From: an uncultured Bacteroidales bacterium
Lineage (GTDB): Bacteria; Bacteroidota; Bacteroidia; Bacteroidales; UBA10428
Direction: 5' to 3'
Assembly (NCBI GenBank): GCA_964615995.1
Contig: CAZTSR010000011.1
Location: 11,228 to 75,227 of the forward strand
DNA: 64,000 bases
Positions within the stretch are counted from its first letter, which is position 1; every line of letters starts with the position of its first letter. The notes beneath the pieces are model-generated. The model did not search any database and was not told the DNA's origin. It worked only from the letters and a program-made list of their open reading frames with translations. The translations under genes were made by a program, and so were the position numbers. Positions 46,445 to 56,670 of the stretch are shown in pieces.

Positions 46445-48754
46445 ATGTCTGAAAAATCCAAAAACCTCCTTGGTATAGTTTCAGTATGCTTTCTCACCTT
46501 TTTTATAAGCTGCGCTTATTTTGGAAACTTATTCGACAAGCTGAATCGTGTAAGCTTCGCAACCGGCGGAGACGGAGTTCAAAGTTATATCAATATGGAA
46601 TATCATATCCGATATGACAGCACTTATATGCGGTGCAATTCCATGAACTATCCTTATGGCGAACATGTCTTCTTTACCAACAATCAACCTTTAATCAGCA
46701 ACAGCATCCGTTTTATTTCCGGGAACTTTGTGGATATATCCGGATACACCCTTGGGATTCTGAATTTTATTATGTTGTTGTCTTTGTTTATTACACCACT
46801 CATCATTTATGGCATATTCCGGCATCTTAAAACAGGTCGCGTATTGTCTGTCATATCATCCATTCCAATAGCCTTTCTCACGCCTCAGATGGACCGTCTC
46901 GGCGGGCATTATAATTTAAGCTATGTCTGTGCGATTCCGTTAATGATCCTTCTTTTACTTAAGTTTTTCCAAAAGCCTTCAATACTGCTGTCTGTTCTTA
47001 TCTTTCTGACCATGATGGCCGGCGCACTTACTCATTTTTATTTTTATGGTTTCTTCGCATTGCTCCTGATATTTCTTTATGCCAATGCGTTTTACCATAA
47101 AAAGACATTTAGTAGCAACCTCGTGGCTCTGTCTCATCTGTTTGTTCAACTCATCCTGCCTTTCCTGATTTTGCAAATCTTTTATATCAGTGATCATATT
47201 ACAGACCGGCCCGGATACCCATGGGGCTTTTTGCTTTATCGCGCATTTCCGCTCAGTATATTTTTGCCTTTAGATAAGCCATACGGCCAGTTCATTCATT
47301 CCATTTACTTTCTGAACACGGGTAAAATCAATTGGGAAGGCTATGCCATTATCGGAACAACAGCAAGTTTTGGTACTTTGTATTTCGTCTTGAACTTTGC
47401 AGATAAAATAATTAAGAAAAAATACAGATCCTTATGGAAAGTCGTTGACAACCGGTTGTTGAATATCATTTTTTGGGCTTCGGTTGCAGGTTTATTATAT
47501 TCCTTTGGTCTGCCTTTTATTTTTGGGCTTCAGGGATTGGTTGACCTGATTGGTCCAATCCGGCAGATGAGAGGCATTGGCAGGTTCGCGTGGATATTTT
47601 ATTATGTAATCAACATTGTAACCATTTATTGGCTATGGTGCTGGTGGAAATCTGAAAAGAGAAAAATCACTCTGGTAATTACCACCGTGGCAATTTTTAT
47701 CCTTTATCTGGATACCTGGTACAATATCCATAACAGGGGTGAGTTACTCGAAAATGAACTGCCTGTAATCTCTGACAGCGCATTAAGTTTGCCTGAAAAT
47801 CAATGGATTAATCGCGTTAATATAAAAGATTACCAGGCTTTTATCCCTTTGCCCTATTTCCATGTCGGATCTGAAAATATATGGATTGATGGGGGATGTG
47901 ATATCGTAAAACAAAGCTTCACTGTCATCAAAAACTCAGGGCTGCCTTGTATGGGTGTAATGCTCAGCCGCACTTCCATCAGTCAAACGTTGGAAAATGT
48001 CTCTTCCATTACAAGTCCCACATGCGACCATCTTGAAATGCAAAGATTCCCTTCTGAAAAGCCGTTCTTATTATTGGTTGCAAAATGTGAAATACCAAAC
48101 TGGCACGAAAAAGAATTGATCCGGCATGCACAACGGGTTGATTCTTCCGGTGCTTTCGATATTTATCATTTGCCTTTTCATGCTTTTCTGGAAATACAGG
48201 ATTCACTCAACAAAACCGTTTATAAAGAATTCACTGATAAAAACCTTTTCAGGTATGAAGCCTGCTTTTCTTCCGATTCATCACGATCTTTTGTATTTCT
48301 GAATTATGACAGGTTCATCAATGTGTCAATGTATGGAAAAGGTTGTCTTACAGGCAAGGCAAAAGACAGAACTGTTCTTTATTCAGGTCCAATCCCGGTT
48401 AGCGACACAGTCGGGACTTTTGTGCTCTCTTTTTGGATCAATGATATAAAAAAGGATTTATACCCCCGGACAGAAATTACCATTTCAGAAATGGATTCCA
48501 CCGGAAAGCAGATTTACGAATTAAATTTCCCTGTATTCAGACAGATTGTTCAGGTTTCCCAAAACAAGGCGCTGATTGAATATAAATTTAAAAAACAGGA
48601 ACTTTCCAAAAATATCACCATCAGCGCTAATAATACGACACTCCGAAATAAGGAAATTGAATTTGACAATTTTCTCCTGCGCCCTGATCCGATGAATATT
48701 TACTTTGATGACGCAAAGTATGTATGGAAAAACAACTACTATTATTGTAAGTAA
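46445..48754 (+). CDS. polytopic membrane protein with a large C-terminal extracytoplasmic domain, GT-C-like (YfhO/ArnT-like) candidate
   Basis: 769-aa ORF with about 11-13 hydrophobic helices in aa 1-420 and then a ~340-aa soluble domain. The family call rests on architecture and context only. Confidence 0.4.
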   Translation: MSEKSKNLLGIVSVCFLTFFISCAYFGNLFDKLNRVSFATGGDGVQSYINMEYHIRYDSTYMRCNSMNYPYGEHVFFTNNQPLISNSIRFISGNFVDISGYTLGILNFIMLLSLFITPLIIYGIFRHLKTGRVLSVISSIPIAFLTPQMDRLGGHYNLSYVCAIPLMILLLLKFFQKPSILLSVLIFLTMMAGALTHFYFYGFFALLLIFLYANAFYHKKTFSSNLVALSHLFVQLILPFLILQIFYISDHITDRPGYPWGFLLYRAFPLSIFLPLDKPYGQFIHSIYFLNTGKINWEGYAIIGTTASFGTLYFVLNFADKIIKKKYRSLWKVVDNRLLNIIFWASVAGLLYSFGLPFIFGLQGLVDLIGPIRQMRGIGRFAWIFYYVINIVTIYWLWCWWKSEKRKITLVITTVAIFILYLDTWYNIHNRGELLENELPVISDSALSLPENQWINRVNIKDYQAFIPLPYFHVGSENIWIDGGCDIVKQSFTVIKNSGLPCMGVMLSRTSISQTLENVSSITSPTCDHLEMQRFPSEKPFLLLVAKCEIPNWHEKELIRHAQRVDSSGAFDIYHLPFHAFLEIQDSLNKTVYKEFTDKNLFRYEACFSSDSSRSFVFLNYDRFINVSMYGKGCLTGKAKDRTVLYSGPIPVSDTVGTFVLSFWINDIKKDLYPRTEITISEMDSTGKQIYELNFPVFRQIVQVSQNKALIEYKFKKQELSKNITISANNTTLRNKEIEFDNFLLRPDPMNIYFDDAKYVWKNNYYYCK

Positions 48755-48755
48755 G

Positions 48756-50243
48756 ATGCATTTCCCAAACAACGAAGCCATCATGCGCCCAAGATTCGTT
48801 ATAACCTTAATAATAACTTTGGCTTTATGCTACTTCCCCTTATGTTATCGGATCGATGCTCTGAGTGTCCGGCAATGGGATGAATCGCGCAATGCAGTGA
48901 ATGCGCTTGAAATGCACCATAATCATAATTATATCGTAAGATATTATGATGGTATGCCTGAAAACTGGGAAACAAAACCCCCGTTGCTGATATGGCTGCA
49001 AGTTGCAAGCATGAAGGTATTTGGAATGAACGAACTGGCCATCCGTTTTCCGACCTTACTGGCAACAATGGCAACTGTATTTCTACTGATCTTTTATTTT
49101 CGCCGGAGTACACCTTTTTATACGGGTTGTATTGCCGCACTGGTTTTGGTTGCATCGAACGGATACATTGACCGGCATATAGCCCGTACGGGCGATCATG
49201 ATGCTTTGCTGATCTTTTTTTTACTGGCTTTGATATTGCTCTTTTTCCGGTATATCAAGGCAACAAACCCGCAGAAATATCTGATGCCGTTCATGGCTCT
49301 TTTATTTACCCTGGCAGTATTTACCAAAAGCGTCGCGGTTCTTTTTATTTTGCCTGGCCTGGCCATCAATCTGTTCTTATTCAAATCGGGGAAAAAGCTC
49401 TTTAAAGATGCATTTTTTTATTTTCCGGCATTAGCATCTGTTGTTGTAATAGGTGCCTATTATGTTATCAGGGAACATTTTCAACCTGGATATCTATCCC
49501 TGGTGTGGCATGAAGAATTTTTGCGTTATACCAATCCTGAAGGGCGCTTCGACTCAGGCACTCCATGGTATTACCTGATCAATTTTCTGCAAGGACGGTT
49601 TATCCCCTGGATTTATATTCTAATTCCGGCATGCTTTGTTTTACCTCATATACTACCCTCATCTGAAAAGCCTTTCTTCCGATATATTTTAATCAATGCA
49701 ACTGTTTTTTTCCTCCTCATATCTATGGGAAGTAAAAACCTTTGGTATGACGGCCTGCTTTATCCGCTGTTTGCCATTATGCTTGCATTGTTTCTTGTTT
49801 ACGGAGCTGAATATCTGATCATCCGGTTTCCTGCAATTCCCCTGAGAAAATTTATCTGGATCCCGTTGCTGTTGATCATTCTTTTTCCATATACATCAGT
49901 GGTAAAAAGAATCGGCAATACCCATGAATACCCCTGGGACCGCGAGATATATTCCATGTCTTATGTTCTGCGGGATCCGGCTCTGCTGTCTCAACTGCCC
50001 GGACCACTAATTGTGGTATACAACGGCTATCCCGCACATCTTTTATTTTATGTGAAAATGAATCAATCTGCAGGGAATCATGTGCAGTTACAACCAACGA
50101 ACGAATTAGAGCCCGGTCAGACAGTCATGTTTTCTCAAACTGCCATCGGAGATAGCATTCAGCAACATTTTACGCTGGATACATTGCTTAAAAAAGACCC
50201 TGTAGTAGTGGGAACCATCAGAAGTATTTCACCAAACCGGTAA
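48756..50243 (+). CDS. GT-C fold glycosyltransferase, ArnT/PMT (GT39/GT83)-like
   Basis: The track ORF starts at 48705 inside the upstream gene. The ATG at 48756 (1 nt after the upstream stop) or at 48783 is more plausible. The N-terminal loop WDESRNAVNALEM...TKPPLLIWLQVASMKVFGMNELAIRFPTLL matches the ArnT/PMT first-loop and helix pattern. The protein is polytopic. Confidence 0.6.
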   Translation: MHFPNNEAIMRPRFVITLIITLALCYFPLCYRIDALSVRQWDESRNAVNALEMHHNHNYIVRYYDGMPENWETKPPLLIWLQVASMKVFGMNELAIRFPTLLATMATVFLLIFYFRRSTPFYTGCIAALVLVASNGYIDRHIARTGDHDALLIFFLLALILLFFRYIKATNPQKYLMPFMALLFTLAVFTKSVAVLFILPGLAINLFLFKSGKKLFKDAFFYFPALASVVVIGAYYVIREHFQPGYLSLVWHEEFLRYTNPEGRFDSGTPWYYLINFLQGRFIPWIYILIPACFVLPHILPSSEKPFFRYILINATVFFLLISMGSKNLWYDGLLYPLFAIMLALFLVYGAEYLIIRFPAIPLRKFIWIPLLLIILFPYTSVVKRIGNTHEYPWDREIYSMSYVLRDPALLSQLPGPLIVVYNGYPAHLLFYVKMNQSAGNHVQLQPTNELEPGQTVMFSQTAIGDSIQQHFTLDTLLKKDPVVVGTIRSISPNR

Positions 50244-50247
50244 TGAT

Positions 50248-51195
50248 TCAGATCCTTTCATCCACAATATAGCGGGGACGCCTTTTTACTTCTTTATATA
50301 TTTTACCGAGATATTCCCCGATAATTCCAATGCAGAGTATTTGGATGCCTCCCAGAAAATAAAACGGAAGCACCGTTGAAAACCAACCCGGGACCGTATC
50401 ATGTCTCAGGTACGACATAAGGGCATAAACACTGAGGCACAAACATGCCAGAAAAACGATAAACCCCAGAATGGTAATGGCTCTAAGAGGAACAGTGCTG
50501 AATGAAGTAATGCCATCCAATGCCAGGGAAAACATTTTGCGTAAAGGATATTTTGTTTTACCGGCCATTCTTGGCTTACGGTCGTAATAAACAAGAGCCG
50601 TCTCAAATCCCATCAGTGGAAATAACCCTCTTAAGTAAAGATTTACCTCACTATAATTACGGAAGGCCTCCACAACTTTTTGACTGGCAAGTCTGAAATC
50701 GGCATGATTAAAAAGCACTTCCCGGCTAAAAATCCGAAGCATCCTATAAAAAAACTGGGCACTGGCTCTTTTGAAAAAACCATCGCTTTGCCTGCTTTTC
50801 CTTATACCATATACCACTTCATTTCCCTGATTGAACTTACGGATCATTTCGCTGATTACGGAAATATCATCCTGCAAATCGGCATCGACCGAAATCAGAC
50901 AGTCGGCCATCATATTAAATTCCAGTAATCCGGCCAGTAATGCATATTGATGCCCCTTGTTAGCGGAAAGTCTGATTGCCCGTATACGGTGATCCACTGA
51001 AGAACTGCTCTTAATGATATTCCATGTTTTATCCCTGCTGCGATCATCAATCAGCGCAATAAAACTGTTTTCTGTGATCTGATGTTCCTGATTGAGCGTT
51101 TCCAACAGACTCAGCAAACTGTTTATTGTGGAAGGCAATACCTCTGCTTCATTGTAGCAGGGAACGACAATTCCTATTGTTACCGGTTTATCCAT
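50248..51195 (-). CDS. GT2 polyprenyl-phosphate glycosyltransferase (GtrB/ArnC/DPM1-like)
   Basis: 315-aa ORF: IVVPCYNEAEVL, DDRSRDKT, DADLQDD, and two C-terminal TM helices. This is the classic lipid-carrier sugar synthase architecture. Confidence 0.8.
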   Translation of the reverse strand: MDKPVTIGIVVPCYNEAEVLPSTINSLLSLLETLNQEHQITENSFIALIDDRSRDKTWNIIKSSSSVDHRIRAIRLSANKGHQYALLAGLLEFNMMADCLISVDADLQDDISVISEMIRKFNQGNEVVYGIRKSRQSDGFFKRASAQFFYRMLRIFSREVLFNHADFRLASQKVVEAFRNYSEVNLYLRGLFPLMGFETALVYYDRKPRMAGKTKYPLRKMFSLALDGITSFSTVPLRAITILGFIVFLACLCLSVYALMSYLRHDTVPGWFSTVLPFYFLGGIQILCIGIIGEYLGKIYKEVKRRPRYIVDERI

Positions 51196-51205
51196 GGCTC
51201 CAGAA

Positions 51206-52864
51206 TTATTGGGAATATGACATTCGTGTAGATCCGGTAACCCCGTCTACCGGTGTGGCTCTGAAAGTATAAACGGCTTCCTTTGTTTCATCATAAACAA
51301 ACAATGGCCTAAAGTCGAGGATATACTTAATGCTGTCTGAATTTAATGCCGTCCGGATTCCTTCCAGCTGCTCTTCAGAAAAATCTCCTATATAAAGTGT
51401 ATAATCCATATCCGGCTTCAAAAATTCAGAAGGCGTTACGGCCTTATTGGCATCGAAAAAGGTATTCATCCAGGGAAGGTACATAATGGTTTCAGGATAT
51501 TTTTTGCGATACACTTCTGCAATGTCATTGCTGTGGCGTCCCGACTCATGGAGTCCGAAAAACAAACCATATTCATCCGCAGAACTTCTGTAGTAGTTCG
51601 GGCAAATAATTTTAGGTGAACCGGAAAGAAAAGGCTGAAGTGTTTCACTTGCGTTGGAATGAACTGATTTTAGCGTTCGCAGTTCATTTAATTGACGACC
51701 CATTTTCGGAAGTACCAGAATAAATAAAATAATAATAAACCCTATAAATATACCGCCGGCCAGTTTCCTGATCAAACCATTTTCAAACATGCCAAGCAAG
51801 TAATAAACCATAAAGCCTGTAAATACACACAACAACAATGAGGGCGTCAGATAATAAAAAGCATATTGTTTGGCGATCAAAACAATCTGAAAAAACAACA
51901 ATGCAACCAGTCCAAAACCGATCCGTATAGCAATACTTTTCCTGTTCTTCATTAAGTGATACAGCGCCAGGAGTAAAAGAATGAATGCCGGAATAAGCAA
52001 TTGCAAAGAGCTTTTGATAATTGTTTTCAGACTTTCCAGGAAAACGGCCCCATTTATAATTCCCGGATCACCGGTTCCATAATTCCCTGTATGAATAAAA
52101 TTAGCGGTTAACCAATGGATATATCTTGGAAAATCGAACAAAACCGGAAATGCAAACACAAAGAATGACAATACTGCTGTAATTGTGAAACGCAGCCTCA
52201 ATTTCCAGTCGGGCAGAATTATGACTACCAGCAAAAAATATGGCAGAAAAGTAATTTTCGTGGCCATACTCAAACCCAGTAATACACCGAAAATCAAACT
52301 GTACTTTTTATAGTTTATCAGGGATGGATTTTGATAAATGAGCCTGACAAGAATGATGATCCAGCATGAGGCAAGCGATAGCATGATCATTTCGGGCATC
52401 ATCCGGCGTGACAATTCAAGCGTCATTAAGAAGGCAAACGGCGTAGCTTGTAAGGCCAGAGACACCAAAATGTTTTTTGAATTCCTGTAAACAAGACGGC
52501 CAACCAGGTATAAAAAAACGGTATTTATGATATTGCCTGCAATGATGGTTGCCTTGATATAAACTTCAGGATGCGCCATCACGTCTTCCCATAGTGGCAA
52601 TCCCGGTCTGAAAAGATGCACCACCCTTGAAACGATGGCAATCAGCACTTGAACCGGGGTTCCGGGATGTAAAATATGATAGGCATCGGGATGGAGATGT
52701 GCCAGGATGATTCCGTTAAACAGATAGGCATATTCAGGATCTACCCCTAACAAATGAATGGTACCAGCACTGAAATTATAGACCAGGGCAGTCATCAAAA
52801 AACAAAGCGGGATGGCTAAAAATGATATTGAAATCAGGCGTTCTTTATTGAAAACAGTTTTCAT
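51206..52864 (-). CDS. polytopic membrane protein, GT-C/ArnT-like candidate with a C-terminal soluble domain
   Basis: 552-aa ORF with about 11 helices and then a ~150-aa soluble tail. It ends 10 nt upstream of the GT2 gene on the same strand. Confidence 0.45.
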   Translation of the reverse strand: MKTVFNKERLISISFLAIPLCFLMTALVYNFSAGTIHLLGVDPEYAYLFNGIILAHLHPDAYHILHPGTPVQVLIAIVSRVVHLFRPGLPLWEDVMAHPEVYIKATIIAGNIINTVFLYLVGRLVYRNSKNILVSLALQATPFAFLMTLELSRRMMPEMIMLSLASCWIIILVRLIYQNPSLINYKKYSLIFGVLLGLSMATKITFLPYFLLVVIILPDWKLRLRFTITAVLSFFVFAFPVLFDFPRYIHWLTANFIHTGNYGTGDPGIINGAVFLESLKTIIKSSLQLLIPAFILLLLALYHLMKNRKSIAIRIGFGLVALLFFQIVLIAKQYAFYYLTPSLLLCVFTGFMVYYLLGMFENGLIRKLAGGIFIGFIIILFILVLPKMGRQLNELRTLKSVHSNASETLQPFLSGSPKIICPNYYRSSADEYGLFFGLHESGRHSNDIAEVYRKKYPETIMYLPWMNTFFDANKAVTPSEFLKPDMDYTLYIGDFSEEQLEGIRTALNSDSIKYILDFRPLFVYDETKEAVYTFRATPVDGVTGSTRMSYSQ

Positions 52865-52876
52865 TACCGGAAATAT

Positions 52877-54460
52877 TTAGTTTTGGGATGAGAAACTCTG
52901 AGCTTTCGGAGGAATTCTGAAGATATAAACTTCTTCAAATCTGCAGTACAAATCTTTCAGATAGGGTTGGAACGGCTTATATTTTAAAGCAGAATCCACC
53001 CGGTTTGTAATGAAATAATGTGCCCCGTTTTCTACTGCTTTTTGCATTGCGATACTGTCATTTGACATCACCTCCTGATCGGGATTTTCCTTGTCGCTGA
53101 TCACCCATCCTTTTAAATTCATGAGGTATAAAGGACGGATATAGTGGCCCGGATAAAAAACGATGGTATCGTTCACTGTGATGCCATGCTCACTGAGCCA
53201 GGGATGAATGTGATATAAACCCAGGTTTTGGTTATAGTCGTTCATCCAATCCACTTCATACCGGCGTTCGTGGCGGTCACCGCCATAAATGATATTAAGC
53301 ACAGCAAATACAACGAAGACGACCTGAACAGCCCTGACAGCAATTCGGGGCAAAGCCCATTGTCTGAACAGGTAAAATACATTGATAAAAACCAGTGCCG
53401 GCAGTATATAGAAACTGATATAAAAGTAATCATGATCACCCAGGTTCGCGAAAAATAAAAGCGAATAAACAGCCCATCCGGCTATAAGACATGCTGATGA
53501 AAACATCAGTATGCGGTGAGATCGTTTATGGAATAGAAACATCAGGATAATTCCTGCCAGCATAAAGTAAAAGGTTGCCGGATAAAAGTATTCCGGGAAC
53601 CAGATGTCGTGCATTTTATGCAGGGTAAACTTTATATCGGCCATGCTCATATCCCAGATAGGAACCGTATAGGTCATGAATTGCCCTGAACTGTGTAGCT
53701 GGTTATAATGCCTGGCATAAATGATCCAGCCGGCATAAAGGACATATGTGGATAAAAGCAGGATAAGCTTTAAGTTTATATGCTTCTCCTTAACAACCTG
53801 AAAGGGCATCAAGCGGAATCTTTCTGCCAGAAATATCATAAGGATAATGGTAACGCTGGCAAATTCAGTAACCTTCATCATGCAAGCCAGAGCGAAAAAA
53901 ACGATGGCTTTTACAAAAGCGCTGGTTTTACCACTTTCGTAATAGCAATAAAAAAAATACCAGCCAATGAAAGTGAATGATAATGCAGCTGTGTTGGGAA
54001 GGAAATTATTGCCATAATAAATCAGTACCGGACTTGAAAACATGAATATCAACACCAGTGCTGAGAAAAAAATATCTTTTAAAATTTTGAAAGTGAGTTT
54101 GTAAAGGAAGAAAAGTCCCAAATAAAACAACAACAAATTTACAATCCGGAAGACCATCTCATGAGGACCAAAGATATGGTACAGAAAAGCGTTAAAGTAA
54201 TACAATACCGGAACTTCACTGGGTGCTGAGTAACCTGTTGTATTGCCATCAGAATGAAGCATATGCGTCTGAGGCTTAAAAAAATGCATCCCCTCCTGGT
54301 AATAGCTTAATGTCAGGGATAATCCGTCACATTGGCGCCAGTTGTGAACCGACTGGGGCCTTTTAACAATAGTTTGCGGATAATGGAAAACGAATGACAG
54401 ACCTGCAATAATAAGAATAAACAGTGCTACCTGCAGGATATGGCTTTTTGCCAGGTTCAT
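52877..54460 (-). CDS. polytopic membrane protein, GT-C/ArnT/PMT-like candidate
   Basis: 527-aa ORF with the first-loop pattern VHNWRQCDGLSLTLSYYQEGMHFFKPQTHML, many helices, and a soluble C-terminal ~110 aa. Its start overlaps the upstream stop (ATGA at 54457-54460). Confidence 0.5.
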   Translation of the reverse strand: MNLAKSHILQVALFILIIAGLSFVFHYPQTIVKRPQSVHNWRQCDGLSLTLSYYQEGMHFFKPQTHMLHSDGNTTGYSAPSEVPVLYYFNAFLYHIFGPHEMVFRIVNLLLFYLGLFFLYKLTFKILKDIFFSALVLIFMFSSPVLIYYGNNFLPNTAALSFTFIGWYFFYCYYESGKTSAFVKAIVFFALACMMKVTEFASVTIILMIFLAERFRLMPFQVVKEKHINLKLILLLSTYVLYAGWIIYARHYNQLHSSGQFMTYTVPIWDMSMADIKFTLHKMHDIWFPEYFYPATFYFMLAGIILMFLFHKRSHRILMFSSACLIAGWAVYSLLFFANLGDHDYFYISFYILPALVFINVFYLFRQWALPRIAVRAVQVVFVVFAVLNIIYGGDRHERRYEVDWMNDYNQNLGLYHIHPWLSEHGITVNDTIVFYPGHYIRPLYLMNLKGWVISDKENPDQEVMSNDSIAMQKAVENGAHYFITNRVDSALKYKPFQPYLKDLYCRFEEVYIFRIPPKAQSFSSQN

Positions 54461-55623
54461 TTGGAAATGGGTTGGGCATAATTCAGCACGTCGTCTGCTG
54501 ATATTTCCTTATCACTTAAAATAATCAAGCGTTCCAATACATTTCTGAATTCGCGGATGTTACCTGTCCAGTTGATTTTCTGAAGTTCCAGAATGGCATC
54601 AGGAGTAAGCAAGGTTTTTGGGCGGCCGTATTCACCGCAAATCTGCTCAATAAAATAATCTGCCAGCAGGGGTAAGTCATCAATCCTTTCATTCAGAGAA
54701 GGCACATGAATAATAATTACAGATAGCCTGTGGTATAAGTCTTCTCTGAAATTTTTAAGTGCTATTTCCTCCTTAAGATTCTTATTGGTGGCGGCAACAA
54801 CCCTTACATCCACTTCAATATCTTTATCACTACCGACTCTGGATATTTTATGTTCCTGTAACGCACGCAATACTTTTGCCTGAGCGGATAAGCTCATATC
54901 ACCCACTTCATCAAGGAAAAGGGTGCCTTCGTGGGCCTGCTCGAATTTTCCTTTACGTTGTTTTATGGCAGATGTAAAAGCACCTTTCTCATGGCCAAAC
55001 AATTCACTTTCTATAAGCTCGGAAGGAATGGCGGCGCAATTCACTTCAACGAACGGCATAGGGGCCCTGGGACTCTTTTCATGAAGCCATCGGGCTACAA
55101 GTTCCTTTCCGGTGCCATTATCACCGGTGATTAACACGCGGGCATCGGTAGGGGCTACCCTTTCGATCATCTCCTTAACTTTTGCTATGGATGGTGATTC
55201 ACCAACAATGTCATAAGTCTTGCTGATCTTACGTTTGAGAACTTTTGTTTCTGATACCAGGTCATTTCTTTCTGCCGCATTGCGCATGGAAACCAAAAGC
55301 CGGTTCAGATCGAGTGGCTTCTCAATAAAGTCATACGCCCCTTTTTTGATTGCTTCAACAGCGGTATCAATATTGCCATGACCTGAAATCATAATAATGG
55401 GCACGTCGTTTGCTTTCTCATGTAATTTTTCCAGCACCTCAATGCCATCCATACCTGGCATTTTAATGTCGCACAATACCACATCGTATGAATTGGTGCT
55501 AAAGAGTTCAATCCCTTCAGTCCCATTGGTTGCCAGATCTACCTTATGATTTTCGTATTCCAGAACTTCCTTCAGGGTATTGCGGATGCTTTTCTCATCA
55601 TCAATTACCAGAATTGTAGCCAT
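54457..55623 (-). CDS. sigma-54-dependent response regulator (receiver + AAA+), apparently without a C-terminal HTH
   Basis: 388-aa ORF with a REC domain (ILVIDDE...VLCDIKMPGMDG), AAA+ Walker A GDNGTGKE, a GAFTSA loop (variant of GAFTGA), Walker B LFLDEVGDM, and FREDLYHRLSV. The protein ends ~25 aa after NIREFRNVLERL. Confidence 0.8.
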   Translation of the reverse strand: MATILVIDDEKSIRNTLKEVLEYENHKVDLATNGTEGIELFSTNSYDVVLCDIKMPGMDGIEVLEKLHEKANDVPIIMISGHGNIDTAVEAIKKGAYDFIEKPLDLNRLLVSMRNAAERNDLVSETKVLKRKISKTYDIVGESPSIAKVKEMIERVAPTDARVLITGDNGTGKELVARWLHEKSPRAPMPFVEVNCAAIPSELIESELFGHEKGAFTSAIKQRKGKFEQAHEGTLFLDEVGDMSLSAQAKVLRALQEHKISRVGSDKDIEVDVRVVAATNKNLKEEIALKNFREDLYHRLSVIIIHVPSLNERIDDLPLLADYFIEQICGEYGRPKTLLTPDAILELQKINWTGNIREFRNVLERLIILSDKEISADDVLNYAQPISK

Positions 55624-55629
55624 AATGGA

Positions 55630-56577
55630 TTATAGCGTAACAGTCTTCAAATTGAGAACTTCGTGAACCACTCCTTCTTTTAATGAGAAATTTGATTGAA
55701 TGAGCCTGGTCAGCTTGAACTTCTGGAGCACAAATTTCATAATTAAAGTGGCTACCACGATCATTTCAAGTCTCATACTTTCAAGGCCCTTCATTTGTTT
55801 GCGCTCTTTTAAAGTAGAATTGATCAACTTCTGATACAGGTTTTCGAAGTCGGTAAGATCAATTTCTACAGATTCGGGATTGAGACCAAATTCAGATTCG
55901 AATGAGGGTTCATCTGCACGAATCATTGCAATTATGGTTTCAAAAGAACCCGAAGCACCGATCAGTGTATTAATTTTATATTTTCTGAAGGCTTCTGAAA
56001 GGTCAGAAAGCCGTTCCTCAAGATAATTGGAAATAAATTCAATTTCATCAATAGAAATAGGATCGGAGGGCCTGAACTTGGCAAGTAATCTGGCAACGCC
56101 CAGGGGATAGCTTTTCTTCCAGAATATGGTATCCATATCTGCGATAATAAATTCAATGCTGCCTCCACCGATATCCAGGATCAGGTTCTTTTCAGAACCT
56201 AAATTAATGGCTTGTTTTACGCCGTAATAGATCAGTTCTGCTTCCCGGTCTCCCGTTATGATCTCCACTTCCAGGTTAAAGCGCTGCTGAATCATTTTAA
56301 CAAACTGATCTCCGTTTTTTGCACTTCGAATGCCAGAGGTAGCTATCGCAAAAGTTCTGTCAGCACCATGTTCCTTAATGGTATTTAAATGGCGCTCAAT
56401 GGCATTCAATCCGCGGGTAATGGCATCCGGACGGATTTCTTTTTTATCGATTCCACTTTTACCAAGCTTAACAGGTAATTTATTATTGTAAAGAATTCGA
56501 TAACACTGGTCATCTCCGACTTCAACCACCAGGAGATTAAATGTGTTGGTACCCAGGTCAATTACAGCAATACGCAT
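55630..56577 (-). CDS. Ppx/GppA-family phosphatase (exopolyphosphatase-like)
   Basis: 315-aa ORF with MRIAVIDLGTNTFNLLVVEV, ATSGIRSAKNG and LDIGGGSIEF, which are ASKHA-fold Ppx/GppA motifs. Confidence 0.8.
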   Translation of the reverse strand: MRIAVIDLGTNTFNLLVVEVGDDQCYRILYNNKLPVKLGKSGIDKKEIRPDAITRGLNAIERHLNTIKEHGADRTFAIATSGIRSAKNGDQFVKMIQQRFNLEVEIITGDREAELIYYGVKQAINLGSEKNLILDIGGGSIEFIIADMDTIFWKKSYPLGVARLLAKFRPSDPISIDEIEFISNYLEERLSDLSEAFRKYKINTLIGASGSFETIIAMIRADEPSFESEFGLNPESVEIDLTDFENLYQKLINSTLKERKQMKGLESMRLEMIVVATLIMKFVLQKFKLTRLIQSNFSLKEGVVHEVLNLKTVTL

Positions 56578-56670
56578 TTTTTCAGGAATGAAATAGCAAA
56601 GTTGTTAACTCTGCTAAAATACAGAATTTTACCCGGAAAAAAAAACGATGGTCCTGAATACACAAACTGT

